Source: Nostoc sp. (GTDB lineage: Bacteria; Cyanobacteriota; Cyanobacteriia; Cyanobacteriales; Nostocaceae). From it: a DNA stretch of 64,000 nucleotides. This document shows positions 8,462 to 17,159 of the stretch, piece after piece. How positions within the stretch are numbered: the first letter of the stretch is position 1; each line of letters opens with the position of its first letter. Location: contig NZ_JBALCP010000054.1 in NCBI RefSeq assembly GCF_036919675.1, positions 9,501 to 73,500 of the forward strand. Direction: 5' to 3'. The notes beneath the pieces were generated by a model, which worked only from the letters and a program-made list of their open reading frames with translations, had not been told where the DNA came from and made no database searches. Both the position numbers and the translations under genes were made by a program.

Positions 8462-9115
8462 ATGTTTCTATTGCTAAGTCGGGTACTGCTGTGGCTGCTG
8501 ATTGGCACTATCGTATATTCTCTGTTCCAGCGATTTTATCCCTCTGGAAGTTTTGTCGGGCGATTGATCTTAGTCGTGATCTTGGTAATCATAGCCCTAT
8601 CATTTGTTAACCCCAATGAACCAGCTGTAGCCTCGTTGTCGAGGATGCTGTCTTTTCCACTCAAGCCTCTAGGAGCCTCTGTTTTAATGATGATTTTTGC
8701 AGCTCAGAGAATCAAAGGAGGCGGGATAGACAAACCAGGAGGATACTTGATCGGTTGGGCATTGACGATTTTGCTGTTGGCAAGTACACCAGCAGTCGCC
8801 TATTTACTTTATAGGGCACCTCTAGCAATGGCAGGTGAAACCTATGTAGCAACTGCTGCACCAACATCTGGGATACTGGTGGCATTAGGGCAACAAACCA
8901 CCGCAGCGAACATTTCAGATGTGACAGGCGATCGCATTCTTTCTTATAATTTGAGAGTGCCTCCCTACCTATTACAAGGAAGTCCTCAAGATATTCGCGC
9001 CCGCGGTTTACGACTTGAAGACTTTGTACCAAATGCGGAAACGTTACTATTGACAACCAGAACTTGGGAAAGTTATCTCTTGGAAATTTACAGGTTCTTA
9101 CGTGTTCAGCGGTAA
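8462..9115 (+). CDS. hypothetical membrane protein
   Basis: There are four or more hydrophobic helices in the N-terminal 120 aa. I recognised no family. Confidence 0.5.
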   Translation: MFLLLSRVLLWLLIGTIVYSLFQRFYPSGSFVGRLILVVILVIIALSFVNPNEPAVASLSRMLSFPLKPLGASVLMMIFAAQRIKGGGIDKPGGYLIGWALTILLLASTPAVAYLLYRAPLAMAGETYVATAAPTSGILVALGQQTTAANISDVTGDRILSYNLRVPPYLLQGSPQDIRARGLRLEDFVPNAETLLLTTRTWESYLLEIYRFLRVQR

Positions 9116-9397
9116 TAAAGTTAAAAAAGTAAAACTCAAAAAGTCACAATGCCACGCCCTAGTACCGCGTTCCCCACCAGGTAGCGGTACTAGTAGCTGG
9201 ATTCATTAAAGCTGTGATTGCTGCCACACCAAAAGTTGAAGTAGACATTACCATTCGGCTTTGGGCGAAAGGGAACGGCAATAACTATCCAGTTAAAAGA
9301 GGTGACAAAAGCTGAATTTACAAGCAATATTCTCTCTACATAGCTGCCTTCATGGACTAGCAGTTAATCTACGATATAAAGTTGCAAAATTGCTTTA

Positions 9398-11149
9398 ATG
9401 GCAAAATCTCGACGAATCGCTAAACTCACTGCTTACCTACAACCCTATTGGCGCGAAGTGTCCTTAGGCATTCTCGCTTTGTTGTCTGTCAATGCACTAG
9501 GCGTTTATATCCCTTGGTTGATTCGTGCTGGTGTTGACAAACTCTCGACAACCTTCAGCTGGAACCAAATACTACATTACGTAGTAATCATTGTCTTGCT
9601 CAGTTCGGCAATGTGGCTCATGCGGATGGCATCCCGCATTTGGCTATTTGGGGTGGGGCGTCAGGTGGAATTTGACCTTAAACAACGGATTTTTGAACAC
9701 TTACTCAAGCTGGAGCCGGCTTATTTTGCCAGTAATAGTGCTGGTGATTTGATTAATCGGGCTACCAGTGATGTGGACAATATCAAGCGGTTATTGGGTT
9801 TTGCAGTTTTGAGTTTGGCAAATACGGTGTTTGCTTACGCCTTGACACTGCCAGTAATGCTAACGATTAGTGTGGAACTCACACTAGCCGCCCTGGCAGT
9901 GTACCCTTTTATGTTCTTGTTAGTGAGTCTGTTTAGCGATCGCTTACGCAAACAACAAGCAGCAGTCCAAGAGCAACTCTCTGACATCAGCGAACTCATC
10001 CAAGAGGATATCAGTGGCATTGCCTTAATTAAAATCTATGCCCAAGAAGCAAACGAGCGGCGAGCCTTTGCTAAAAAAAATCAGCAGCTATTGACTGCTA
10101 ACCTGGAATTGGCAAAACTCCGAAATACACTGTTTCCGCTAATTGGCGGACTAGCCAATGTCAGCTCACTGGTAATCATCTGGCTAGGGGTAGCGCGGAT
10201 GTCTTCTGGGACCCTTCAGGTTGGCGACTTTTTAGCACTGTTAATTTATGTAGAGCGTCTAGTTTTTCCTACTGCTCTTTTAGGATTCACAATTACTGCC
10301 TACCAACGGGGTGAAGTTAGTATCGATAGGCTTGAATCTATTCTCTCTGTCACACCGAAAATTAAAGATGCAGCCGATGCCATAAATCTACCAGTGGCTG
10401 AACTTAAAGGGGAACTGACAGCTAAAAATCTCACCTACACTTATCCTGGTTCCATTACTCCAGCTTTAGCAAATGTTAACTTTACCATTGCTCCTGGAGA
10501 AACCGTGGCTATTGTTGGGGCAATTGGTTCTGGTAAATCTACTTTGGCCAATGCTTTGCCGCGCTTGTTGGATATTGACTCAGGACAATTGTTTTTAGAT
10601 GGGCTGGATATTACTAAGATAGCTTTGGCTTCTTTACGAGGTGCGATCGCCTACGTTCCTCAAGATAGCTTTCTATTTAGCACTACAATCAAAAATAATA
10701 TCCGCTACGGTGACCCAATTAGCGAACAAGAGCAGGTAGAATCTGTCGCTCAACTTGCCCAAATTGAATCGGAAATTAACAATTTTCCCCAGCAATACGA
10801 AACTCTTGTTGGTGAACGCGGTATTACTCTTTCTGGTGGTCAACGACAACGGACTGCCTTGGCTAGAGCGATGCTGGTCAATGCGCCAGTGTTAATTTTA
10901 GATGATGCCCTCTCTAGTGTCGATAATCAAACAGCCACACAAATCCTCAAAAATCTCTCTGGTGGTACTGAACGCAAAACAGTAATTTTCATTACTCATC
11001 AATTATCGGCAGCGGCAGCTGCTGACCGAATTTTTGTAATGGAAAAGGGAAGAATAGTCCAGATAGGCAATCATTCACAACTGGTGAAACAACAGGGTCT
11101 GTACAGAACTTTGTGGAGCCAGCATCAAGTTGAGGAATTACTGCACTAA
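9398..11149 (+). CDS. ABC exporter, fused permease/ATPase (MdlB/MsbA-like)
   Basis: A six-TM N-terminal half is followed by Walker A GAIGSGKST, the signature LSGGQRQR and Walker B VLILDDALS. Confidence 0.9.
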   Translation: MAKSRRIAKLTAYLQPYWREVSLGILALLSVNALGVYIPWLIRAGVDKLSTTFSWNQILHYVVIIVLLSSAMWLMRMASRIWLFGVGRQVEFDLKQRIFEHLLKLEPAYFASNSAGDLINRATSDVDNIKRLLGFAVLSLANTVFAYALTLPVMLTISVELTLAALAVYPFMFLLVSLFSDRLRKQQAAVQEQLSDISELIQEDISGIALIKIYAQEANERRAFAKKNQQLLTANLELAKLRNTLFPLIGGLANVSSLVIIWLGVARMSSGTLQVGDFLALLIYVERLVFPTALLGFTITAYQRGEVSIDRLESILSVTPKIKDAADAINLPVAELKGELTAKNLTYTYPGSITPALANVNFTIAPGETVAIVGAIGSGKSTLANALPRLLDIDSGQLFLDGLDITKIALASLRGAIAYVPQDSFLFSTTIKNNIRYGDPISEQEQVESVAQLAQIESEINNFPQQYETLVGERGITLSGGQRQRTALARAMLVNAPVLILDDALSSVDNQTATQILKNLSGGTERKTVIFITHQLSAAAAADRIFVMEKGRIVQIGNHSQLVKQQGLYRTLWSQHQVEELLH

Positions 11150-11228
11150 TACAACATTTAACGTTAAGGACAATTTCTGATGCAGCGTGTATAATTTATC
11201 ATTCAAGATTTGATAAATTACCTCGTTT

Positions 11229-12533
11229 ATGCTGGAATTTTTGCAAAATTTTTTTACTGATAGCTCATTTATTCCACATGGGCATTGTTACCTCTGGAAG
11301 CCGAGTTTAGTGTGGCTAAACATCTTCTCAGATTCTCTGATTGCTTTGGTGTATTATTCTATTCCCATCGCCCTTGTTTACTTTGTCCACATGCGAAAGG
11401 ATTTCCCTTTCAAATGGATACTTTTATTATTTGGAGCTTTTATCGTCTCTTGTGGTACAACCCATGTGATGGATGTATGGACACTTTGGCATCCAACTTA
11501 CTGGCTGTCCAGTTTCATCAAACTTATTACGGCTATTATCTCACTATATACAGCGATCGCACTGTTACCCATCATCCCTCAGGCTCTGGCTTTGCCAAGT
11601 CCGGCAGAACTAGAAGCAGCTAACTGTCAACTAAAACTTACCTTAAAGGAACTTGAAAATACGCAAGCTCAACTGATTCAAACTGAAAAAATGTCTTCAT
11701 TGGGACAATTAGTTGCGGGTATTGCCCATGAGATTAATAATCCTGTAAATTTTATTGACGGTAATATCATTATTGTCAGTGAATATACTAGAGATTTACT
11801 CAATTTGATTACGCTTTCTCAGGAATATAATTACCATTTAGTATCAGAAATTCAAGCTTATATTGAAGAAATTGACCTTGATTTCATTAAAGAAGACTTA
11901 CCGAAAATCTTATCTTCCATGAAAATGGGAGCCGAGCGCATCTCCAAGCTAGTTTTATCTTTGCGGAATTTTTCGCGGCTAGATGAAGCGGGAAAAAAAG
12001 AAGTTGATGTCCATGAAGGTCTTGATAGCACTCTCTTAATTTTACAAAATCGTTTGGAAGCTAAAGGAAATCATCCAGATATTCAAGTTATAAAAGAATA
12101 CGGCAACTTGCCTAAAGTCGAGTGCTATCCTGGACAACTCAACCAAGTATTTATGAATATCCTGAATAATTCTATTGATACTTTGAAAGAATCAATAATT
12201 GGTTGTCATCTGTTAGTAGGCAATGTAAAAACAACTGGCAACCAACAACTGACAACTAACAATCCCCAGATTCACATTTACACTGAGATTTTAGACAGCA
12301 ATCAAGTGATAATTCGGATTGCTGATAATGGCTGTGGGATGACAGAAGAAATAATGCAAAAAATATTTGATCCATTTTATACAACTAAACCTGTTGGTTC
12401 AGGTACAGGTTTAGGAGTGTCGATTAGCTACCAAATTATCAACAAGCATGGTGGTCAACTCAAGTGTATTTCTGCACCGCTTCAAGGCACAGAGTTTATC
12501 ATCCAGATTCCGATTCGGATCAAGTCTGTTTGA
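11229..12533 (+). CDS. sensor histidine kinase with N-terminal ethylene-binding-domain (ETR1-like) membrane module
   Basis: SDSLIALVYYSIPIALVYFVHMRKDFPFKWILLLFGAFIVSCGTTHVMDVWTL aligns closely with Arabidopsis ETR1 [54 protein letters not shown], including the Cu-ligand Cys/His positions. It is followed by the H-box AGIAHEINNPVNF and an HATPase region (DNGCGM, GSGTGLG). Confidence 0.85.
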   Translation: MLEFLQNFFTDSSFIPHGHCYLWKPSLVWLNIFSDSLIALVYYSIPIALVYFVHMRKDFPFKWILLLFGAFIVSCGTTHVMDVWTLWHPTYWLSSFIKLITAIISLYTAIALLPIIPQALALPSPAELEAANCQLKLTLKELENTQAQLIQTEKMSSLGQLVAGIAHEINNPVNFIDGNIIIVSEYTRDLLNLITLSQEYNYHLVSEIQAYIEEIDLDFIKEDLPKILSSMKMGAERISKLVLSLRNFSRLDEAGKKEVDVHEGLDSTLLILQNRLEAKGNHPDIQVIKEYGNLPKVECYPGQLNQVFMNILNNSIDTLKESIIGCHLLVGNVKTTGNQQLTTNNPQIHIYTEILDSNQVIIRIADNGCGMTEEIMQKIFDPFYTTKPVGSGTGLGVSISYQIINKHGGQLKCISAPLQGTEFIIQIPIRIKSV

Positions 12534-12741
12534 TGGTAATTTGGTCTACCCATTAAGACGTAAAACAACCATTCTCAAACACTACCGTTTTCGGAATCAC
12601 AATATGCCCGTTACTAGAAGGCTTTTACAATAACCGTGGATTTGCATAACTTGATGAAGCTAGTGTAATCTGGCGTGATTACCACGTTAGTTTTATTGGG
12701 TATGTGGGTAGTATAAATTACCGAAAAAACTAATTTGGCAT

Positions 12742-13422
12742 ATGGTAATGTTCAAAACTAAATTATCACAATCCCATGCATGGGGAGAATTTTACACGTT
12801 GAAGTTAATGCATCGCCATATTGGGGCGATCGCAGCTCTAATCTTAATTAGCTTACTGAGTTCATTGAGTGGAACACCAGATCATCATACTATCTCTAAC
12901 TGCTGGGAAGGCTTTTTCTGGGGACTGGCAGATCCAGTAATTGGCTTGGATTGTTTAGCTGGTATTGTTGCTATTGGCTTACTCTCATCTGTGTTTGTTC
13001 GTGGCGCTGTGATAGCTGGATGTTTTGTCTTAGCAGCAGTCTTGGGCATTGTAATTCATTTATTCCAGCTAAATTTACTAGGCACAGAAATAGCGATCGC
13101 CATTTCTACCATCGTTTTTGGTACTATGCTGATGATGCCAAATCAACCAAACTTTATGGTACTTGCTCTGGTGGGCGTCAGTGCTGGTTTATTTCAGGGT
13201 TACGCTGATGCTGAATCTATTATTGGGGCAGGAATGATGTCATTAGTTGCCTATATACTAGGCATTACCTTAACTCTGTTTGCAGTTACTATGAGTGCCA
13301 GAAAAATTGGTGTTGCGATGGGTATGGGAGAAATAAACCGAATTTTACCCTGGAAAATTAGCATTGCTGGCTTCGGTTTCTGTGCGATCGGAATCGTGTT
13401 TTTGAGCAATTCGATAATTTAA
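12742..13422 (+). CDS. HupE/UreJ-like membrane protein, divergent
   Basis: A signal-like leader is followed by TPDHH and GFFWGLADPVIGLDCLAGIVAIGLL, which resembles the HupE/UreJ motif GFxHPxxGxDHLLAMxAVG but with substitutions. There are 5-6 TM helices. The start is uncertain (M1 or M23). Confidence 0.55.
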   Translation: MVMFKTKLSQSHAWGEFYTLKLMHRHIGAIAALILISLLSSLSGTPDHHTISNCWEGFFWGLADPVIGLDCLAGIVAIGLLSSVFVRGAVIAGCFVLAAVLGIVIHLFQLNLLGTEIAIAISTIVFGTMLMMPNQPNFMVLALVGVSAGLFQGYADAESIIGAGMMSLVAYILGITLTLFAVTMSARKIGVAMGMGEINRILPWKISIAGFGFCAIGIVFLSNSII

Positions 13423-13457
13423 ATCACATATTTCAATTCAGTGGAATACATTCATTC

Positions 13458-13489
13458 GTGGGGGCGTACACTTTACTGTGCGCCCCCAC
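13458..13489 (+). terminator. GC-rich hairpin downstream of the HupE-like gene
   Basis: gtgggggcg (13458-13466) pairs with cgcccccac (13481-13489), a perfect 9-bp stem. No U-tract follows, so terminator function is uncertain. Confidence 0.3.
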
Positions 13490-13541
13490 TGCGTATTCGT
13501 GATTAAATTTACAGCGGGTGCGTAAATTTAGCTACCATCTC

Positions 13542-13581
13542 AATTAACAAGACTTGGGGCAAAATCCCTTGTTAAAAGTAG
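13542..13581. repeat. 40-nt dispersed repeat, copy 1 (copy 2 at 44749-44789)
   Basis: aattaacaagacttggggcaaaatcccttgttaaaagtag matches aattaacaagacttggggcaaaatccctttgttaaaggtag. Confidence 0.8.
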
Positions 13582-13787
13582 GCAAACTTCTGTGTACATT
13601 CACAAATTAAATGTCGCAGTTTAACAAAATAAACCTCATCTATGTTGAGAACCGTAGTTTTTGCCCTCACCCTAAATCCCTCTCTCAAGTAGGGCTACGG
13701 TGTACACACAAGTCGGATAAAACTTCATCCACCAAAGATTTGCAGTTCAGCAGCGCTCTTGGTAGGGTTTCCCGGAGCAGGCGACTG

Positions 13788-14147
13788 CTGTTAGCGCAGC
13801 GTAAAGCCTGCGGCATGGCTTCTCTTCTCTACGAGAGGCTCCGCCAACGAGACGCTGCGCGTAGCTTGCTTCCCCGCAGGGGTACGCTTAGAACGACGCA
13901 GGAGCGTCACCCGTTCGCGTAGCGTCTCCGATAGGAGAAGGGTGCGTTACGCTGGCGTGACAAAGCTAAATTGTTGCAATCATGGCGATGCCTGCGGTGG
14001 TCACTGACTTGTACTGAGCATCTCGACTTCTCTACGAGACGCTACGCGAACGCTCGATGGAGCCGCAGTCGAAGTAGCTTTGTCGTACCCCTACGGGGAA
14101 GCAAGCTACGCGCAGCGTCTCGTAGAGAAGTGCGGGCTACGCCAACG
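13788..14147. repeat. block of GC-rich short dispersed repeats
   Basis: The motifs ctctacgagaggc, cgcgtagcttgcttcccc, gcgcagcgtctcgtagagaag and gctacgccaacg appear in both orientations, and the same modules occur at 19.1-19.3, 41.8-42.1 and 57.0 kb. Confidence 0.7.
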
Positions 14148-14235
14148 CATTTGTTATTTCGGCGGACTCATTTGTTATTTCGGCGAACGCATTTGTTATT
14201 TCAGCGGACTCATTTGTTATTTCGGCGAACGCATT
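14148..14235. repeat. tandem repeat, 4.2 copies of a 21-nt unit
   Basis: The units are catttgttatttcggcggact, catttgttatttcggcgaacg, catttgttatttcagcggact and catttgttatttcggcgaacg, followed by a partial catt. Confidence 0.9.
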
Positions 14236-14413
14236 AGACTTATCCGAAAATGATAAATGTATACGGTAAAGGGATTTCAGCGATTATAATGGAATGGGCG
14301 ATCGCTAGACTAGGTATACGAAAGAATAGGTATTTGAGCATAAATTACGGCTAAATTCTCAGTTTAGTGGTCAAAATATTGGTGAAAATAAAATTTATTT
14401 ACTAACAAAAAGT

Positions 14414-14925
14414 TTAAATATTAATAGTAAGTGAAAGCCAACAATTAAGCCGTAGCCTGACTAACCCACAGACGGTCATAATTACCTGGCTATACTTGTG
14501 CCTTGCTAAACGAAATTTATCCCTTGCGACTCGAAATATTTTTACCTTCCCGATCAAATGTTCAACACCTATTCTTCTAGATGATAGCTGCTGGTTTTCT
14601 TTTTTTTATAATTCCGAAATTTCTTTCTTCCTCGGTTTCTTGTAAGGTGTGGTAATTGTTGATTCTCCTATGTAAGCTTTATCTCCAATAAATTTTTGTT
14701 CAGAATCAAATTTACCTCGTGTTTCTCGGAATAAATTAATGTCACTTATTTTTCCTAATTGTCCAATATAAATCTCGACAATATCTTCTCCATTGGGCAA
14801 TACAATAAACTGGTTTTTTATGGGATACATTTTTTTCTTTCCAGAGTAGTACTGTTTTTGCTCTTGATAGTCTACATGTCTAATGAAAATTATTTTGAGT
14901 GGATTATTAATGTCAACAACCCTGT
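14414..14925 (-). mobile_element. remnant of an IS5-like DDE transposase gene (N-terminally truncated, in-frame TAA)
   Basis: The minus-strand frame reads ...FIRHVDYQEQKQYYSGKKKMYPIKNQFIV...FIGDKAYIGE...ISEL*KKENQQLSSRRIGVEHLIGKVKIFRVARDKFRLARHKYSQVIMTVCGLVRLRL. YSGKKK, GDKAY and RIxVEHxxGxxK are transposase hallmarks. A premature TAA lies at 14606-14608, and the HTH/N-terminal part is missing. Confidence 0.7.
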
Positions 14926-14929
14926 AGAG

Positions 14930-15283
14930 AAAAAGGGGTATAACCGAGTTTTGGTACGTGGCATCACAGGAGAAGCCGAAATGCCAGATGTTGCTGCCTT
15001 GCGACAGTCAGTAAATGCTCGAAAAACAGATGTAGGCTGGCTAATCACGAACCGCCGTGTCAGTCGAGCTACTAAAGATGAGGTGAACAAACAAGAAAAC
15101 CAGGATTTATCCTGCTACACCCTAGATGAGTTACTGGATCGAGATGCCGATTTTAGTGGCTACCTCAACTGGTTGGAAGATGAAATTAAGCAACGGGGAA
15201 TTAACCGCACCTATGTACCCCTAGCTTGTATCAAAGAGGAATTCGATCCCATCAATGGGCATGAGCCGTTATGCTCAAGCTGA
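14930..15283 (+). pseudogene. 5'-truncated Mrr-like restriction-endonuclease domain segment of the NACHT gene (frame-shifted relative to 15255..17159)
   Basis: GYNRVLVRGITGEAEMPDVAALRQSVNARKTDVGWLITNRRVSRATKDEV looks like the C-terminal half of an Mrr_cat fold. It is followed by YLNWLEDEIKQRGINRTYVPLA, a linker typical of NACHT proteins. The frame ends at 15283, and the sequence continues in another frame from ~15255. Confidence 0.5.
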
Positions 15284-17159
15284 TGGTTGGATTGATGGTT
15301 ATGTTGAGCGCTGGCTTGATGATCCTGCTAAAGAACACCTTTCTATTCTGGGTGAATTTGGCACTGGCAAAACCTGGTTTGGCTTGCATTATGCCTGGAC
15401 AGCCCTGCAACGCTATCGTGATGCCCAACACCGGCGAGTAGAACGTCCACGTCTACCCTTAGTCATTCCTTTACGTGACTATGCCAAGGCAGTCAGTGTA
15501 GAATCGCTTTTTTCGGAATTCTTTTTCCGTAAGTATGAAATCCCACTGACAGGTTATTCTGCCTTTGAGCAACTCAACCGCATGGGAAAGCTGCTGTTGA
15601 TTTTTGATGGCTTTGATGAAATGGCAGCTAGAGTCAATCGTCAAGAGATGATTAACAACTTCTGGGAACTGGCGAAAGTAGTGATACCAGGGGCAAAGGT
15701 CATTCTCACCTGTCGCACTGAACATTTCCCGGAAGCCAAAGAAGGAAGGGCTTTGCTTAGTGCAGAGTTGCAAGCATCTACAATTAACTTGCCTTTAGAG
15801 ACACCGCGCTTTGAAGTGCTGGAATTAGAAAAATTTGATGACGAGCAAATTCGGCAGGTACTAGGGTTTCGTGCTGAACCAGAGACTGTAGAACAGATAA
15901 TGAATAATCCGACACTGCGGGATTTGGCACGTCGTCCGGTAATGACGGAACTGATTATAGAAGCTTTGCCAGAGATTGAGGCGGGCAAACCAGTGGATAT
16001 ATCACGGGTATATTTATATGCCGTGCGGCAGAAGATGCAGAGAGATATCAAAGCCGAGCGCACCTTTACCTCATTGGCAGATAAGCTTTATTTTTTGTGT
16101 GAACTGTCGTGGGAAATGCTCTCCACAGACCAGATGAGCATGAACTACAAAGAATTTCCAGATCGCATTCGGCGTTTATTTGGTTCTGTAGTTCAGGAAG
16201 AAAAGAATTTAGACCACTGGCATTATGACATGATGGGGCAGACAATGCTGATTCGTAATGCGGAAGGAGACTACAGCCCTGCCCATCGTTCATTATTAGA
16301 GTTTTTTGCTGCCTACAAGCTGGTAGCAGAGCTAGGCGTTTTAGCCCCTGACTTCACAGAACTGGCTCAAGCACAATCTTGTTTAGACAACACTGTTCCA
16401 CCACTGGATTACACTTGGTCAGAATACTTTCAACGACAGTGCGAAGAACATGGGCAACCGCTCCCAGTAGCACCACTAAAGTTATTTAGCAACGCATCTT
16501 TAGAGAGGTTATGTAATTATTTGGGTACAACTCCCTTGGCAAAGGCTGTGCTGGATTTAGCTGTGCCAATGTTAGACAAGCAAGTATTTCAACAACAGTT
16601 GCTAGCACTAATTCAGTCAACCCGTGGGAAAACCCAGACTCAGGTGGGCTATATGGGTGGCAACTTGGTGATATTGCTACTGGAAGCAAATCCTTACGGG
16701 CTGGAAAAATCTGATCTCAGTAATACTGTGATTACGGATGTAAACTTTGCTAATACCAGCTTCCGGTGGATAAATTTGATGGGAGCAAATCTCACGAATT
16801 CGGTCTTTGCACCAGTTCTAGGAACAGTCTTGTCAGTGGCATTTAGTCCAGATGGCAAAAAATTAGTGATTGGAGATATTAAAGGTACTGTACAGGTCTG
16901 GGAAGCATCCTCTGGCAGGGTCTTGTTGTTTCTTCAGGGGCATGAAGATGGGGTCAATTCAGTGGCGTTTTCCCCCGAGGGTGAGCGGATTGTCAGTGGC
17001 AGTGATGATGAAACTATCCGTATTTGGGATGCAACTACTGGCGACTGTCTGCGGGTAATTAGCTATAAACTGTGTGCAGGGCTGAATATCACAGGTGTAA
17101 CAGGGCTAACGTCTGCACAGCGCATAGCATTAAAACTAATGGGAGCGATTGATAATTAA
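15255..17159 (+). CDS. NACHT (STAND) NTPase with pentapeptide and WD40 repeats; bacterial NLR-like, probably part of a disrupted gene
   Basis: Walker A is LGEFGTGKTW and Walker B is LLLIFDGFDEM. A pentapeptide-like stretch (SDLSNTVITDVNFANTSFRWINLMGANLTNSVF) is followed by two WD40 units (VAFSPDGKKLV...VQVWE, VAFSPEGERIVSGSDDETIRIWD). Confidence 0.8.
   Translation: MGMSRYAQADGWIDGYVERWLDDPAKEHLSILGEFGTGKTWFGLHYAWTALQRYRDAQHRRVERPRLPLVIPLRDYAKAVSVESLFSEFFFRKYEIPLTGYSAFEQLNRMGKLLLIFDGFDEMAARVNRQEMINNFWELAKVVIPGAKVILTCRTEHFPEAKEGRALLSAELQASTINLPLETPRFEVLELEKFDDEQIRQVLGFRAEPETVEQIMNNPTLRDLARRPVMTELIIEALPEIEAGKPVDISRVYLYAVRQKMQRDIKAERTFTSLADKLYFLCELSWEMLSTDQMSMNYKEFPDRIRRLFGSVVQEEKNLDHWHYDMMGQTMLIRNAEGDYSPAHRSLLEFFAAYKLVAELGVLAPDFTELAQAQSCLDNTVPPLDYTWSEYFQRQCEEHGQPLPVAPLKLFSNASLERLCNYLGTTPLAKAVLDLAVPMLDKQVFQQQLLALIQSTRGKTQTQVGYMGGNLVILLLEANPYGLEKSDLSNTVITDVNFANTSFRWINLMGANLTNSVFAPVLGTVLSVAFSPDGKKLVIGDIKGTVQVWEASSGRVLLFLQGHEDGVNSVAFSPEGERIVSGSDDETIRIWDATTGDCLRVISYKLCAGLNITGVTGLTSAQRIALKLMGAIDN

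Noticed and set aside
8143-8477. This region has three overlapping ORFs (93, 102 and 74 aa). A gggaagccactg string briefly suggested a cobalamin riboswitch upstream of the 8462 gene.
   Set aside because: The region is built from the same GC-rich dispersed repeat modules seen at 23.1 and 46.8 kb (ggggttcccccggttgaagc-type). I could not find the rest of the B12-box or riboswitch core. ORFs occupy both strands, which is typical of repeat artefacts.
12534-12741. This interval was searched for a cobalamin riboswitch upstream of the HupE-like gene, as found upstream of some cyanobacterial hupE genes.
   Set aside because: I found no B12-box-like core (GCCACTG context) or conserved stems by eye. A covariance-model scan (Rfam RF00174) would be decisive.
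14148-14235. The tandem arrays here, at 17711-17791, and the STRR arrays were considered as possible CRISPR arrays.
   Set aside because: The repeats are directly adjacent with no unique spacers. The units are 7-21 nt rather than 28-37 nt, and there are no cas genes in the window.
13611-14237. ORFs of 103 and 88 aa, rich in Arg/Ser/Leu.
   Set aside because: They lie entirely within dispersed and tandem repeats. The 88-aa ORF translates the 21-nt tandem array as THLLFRR repeats. There is no RBS or family resemblance.
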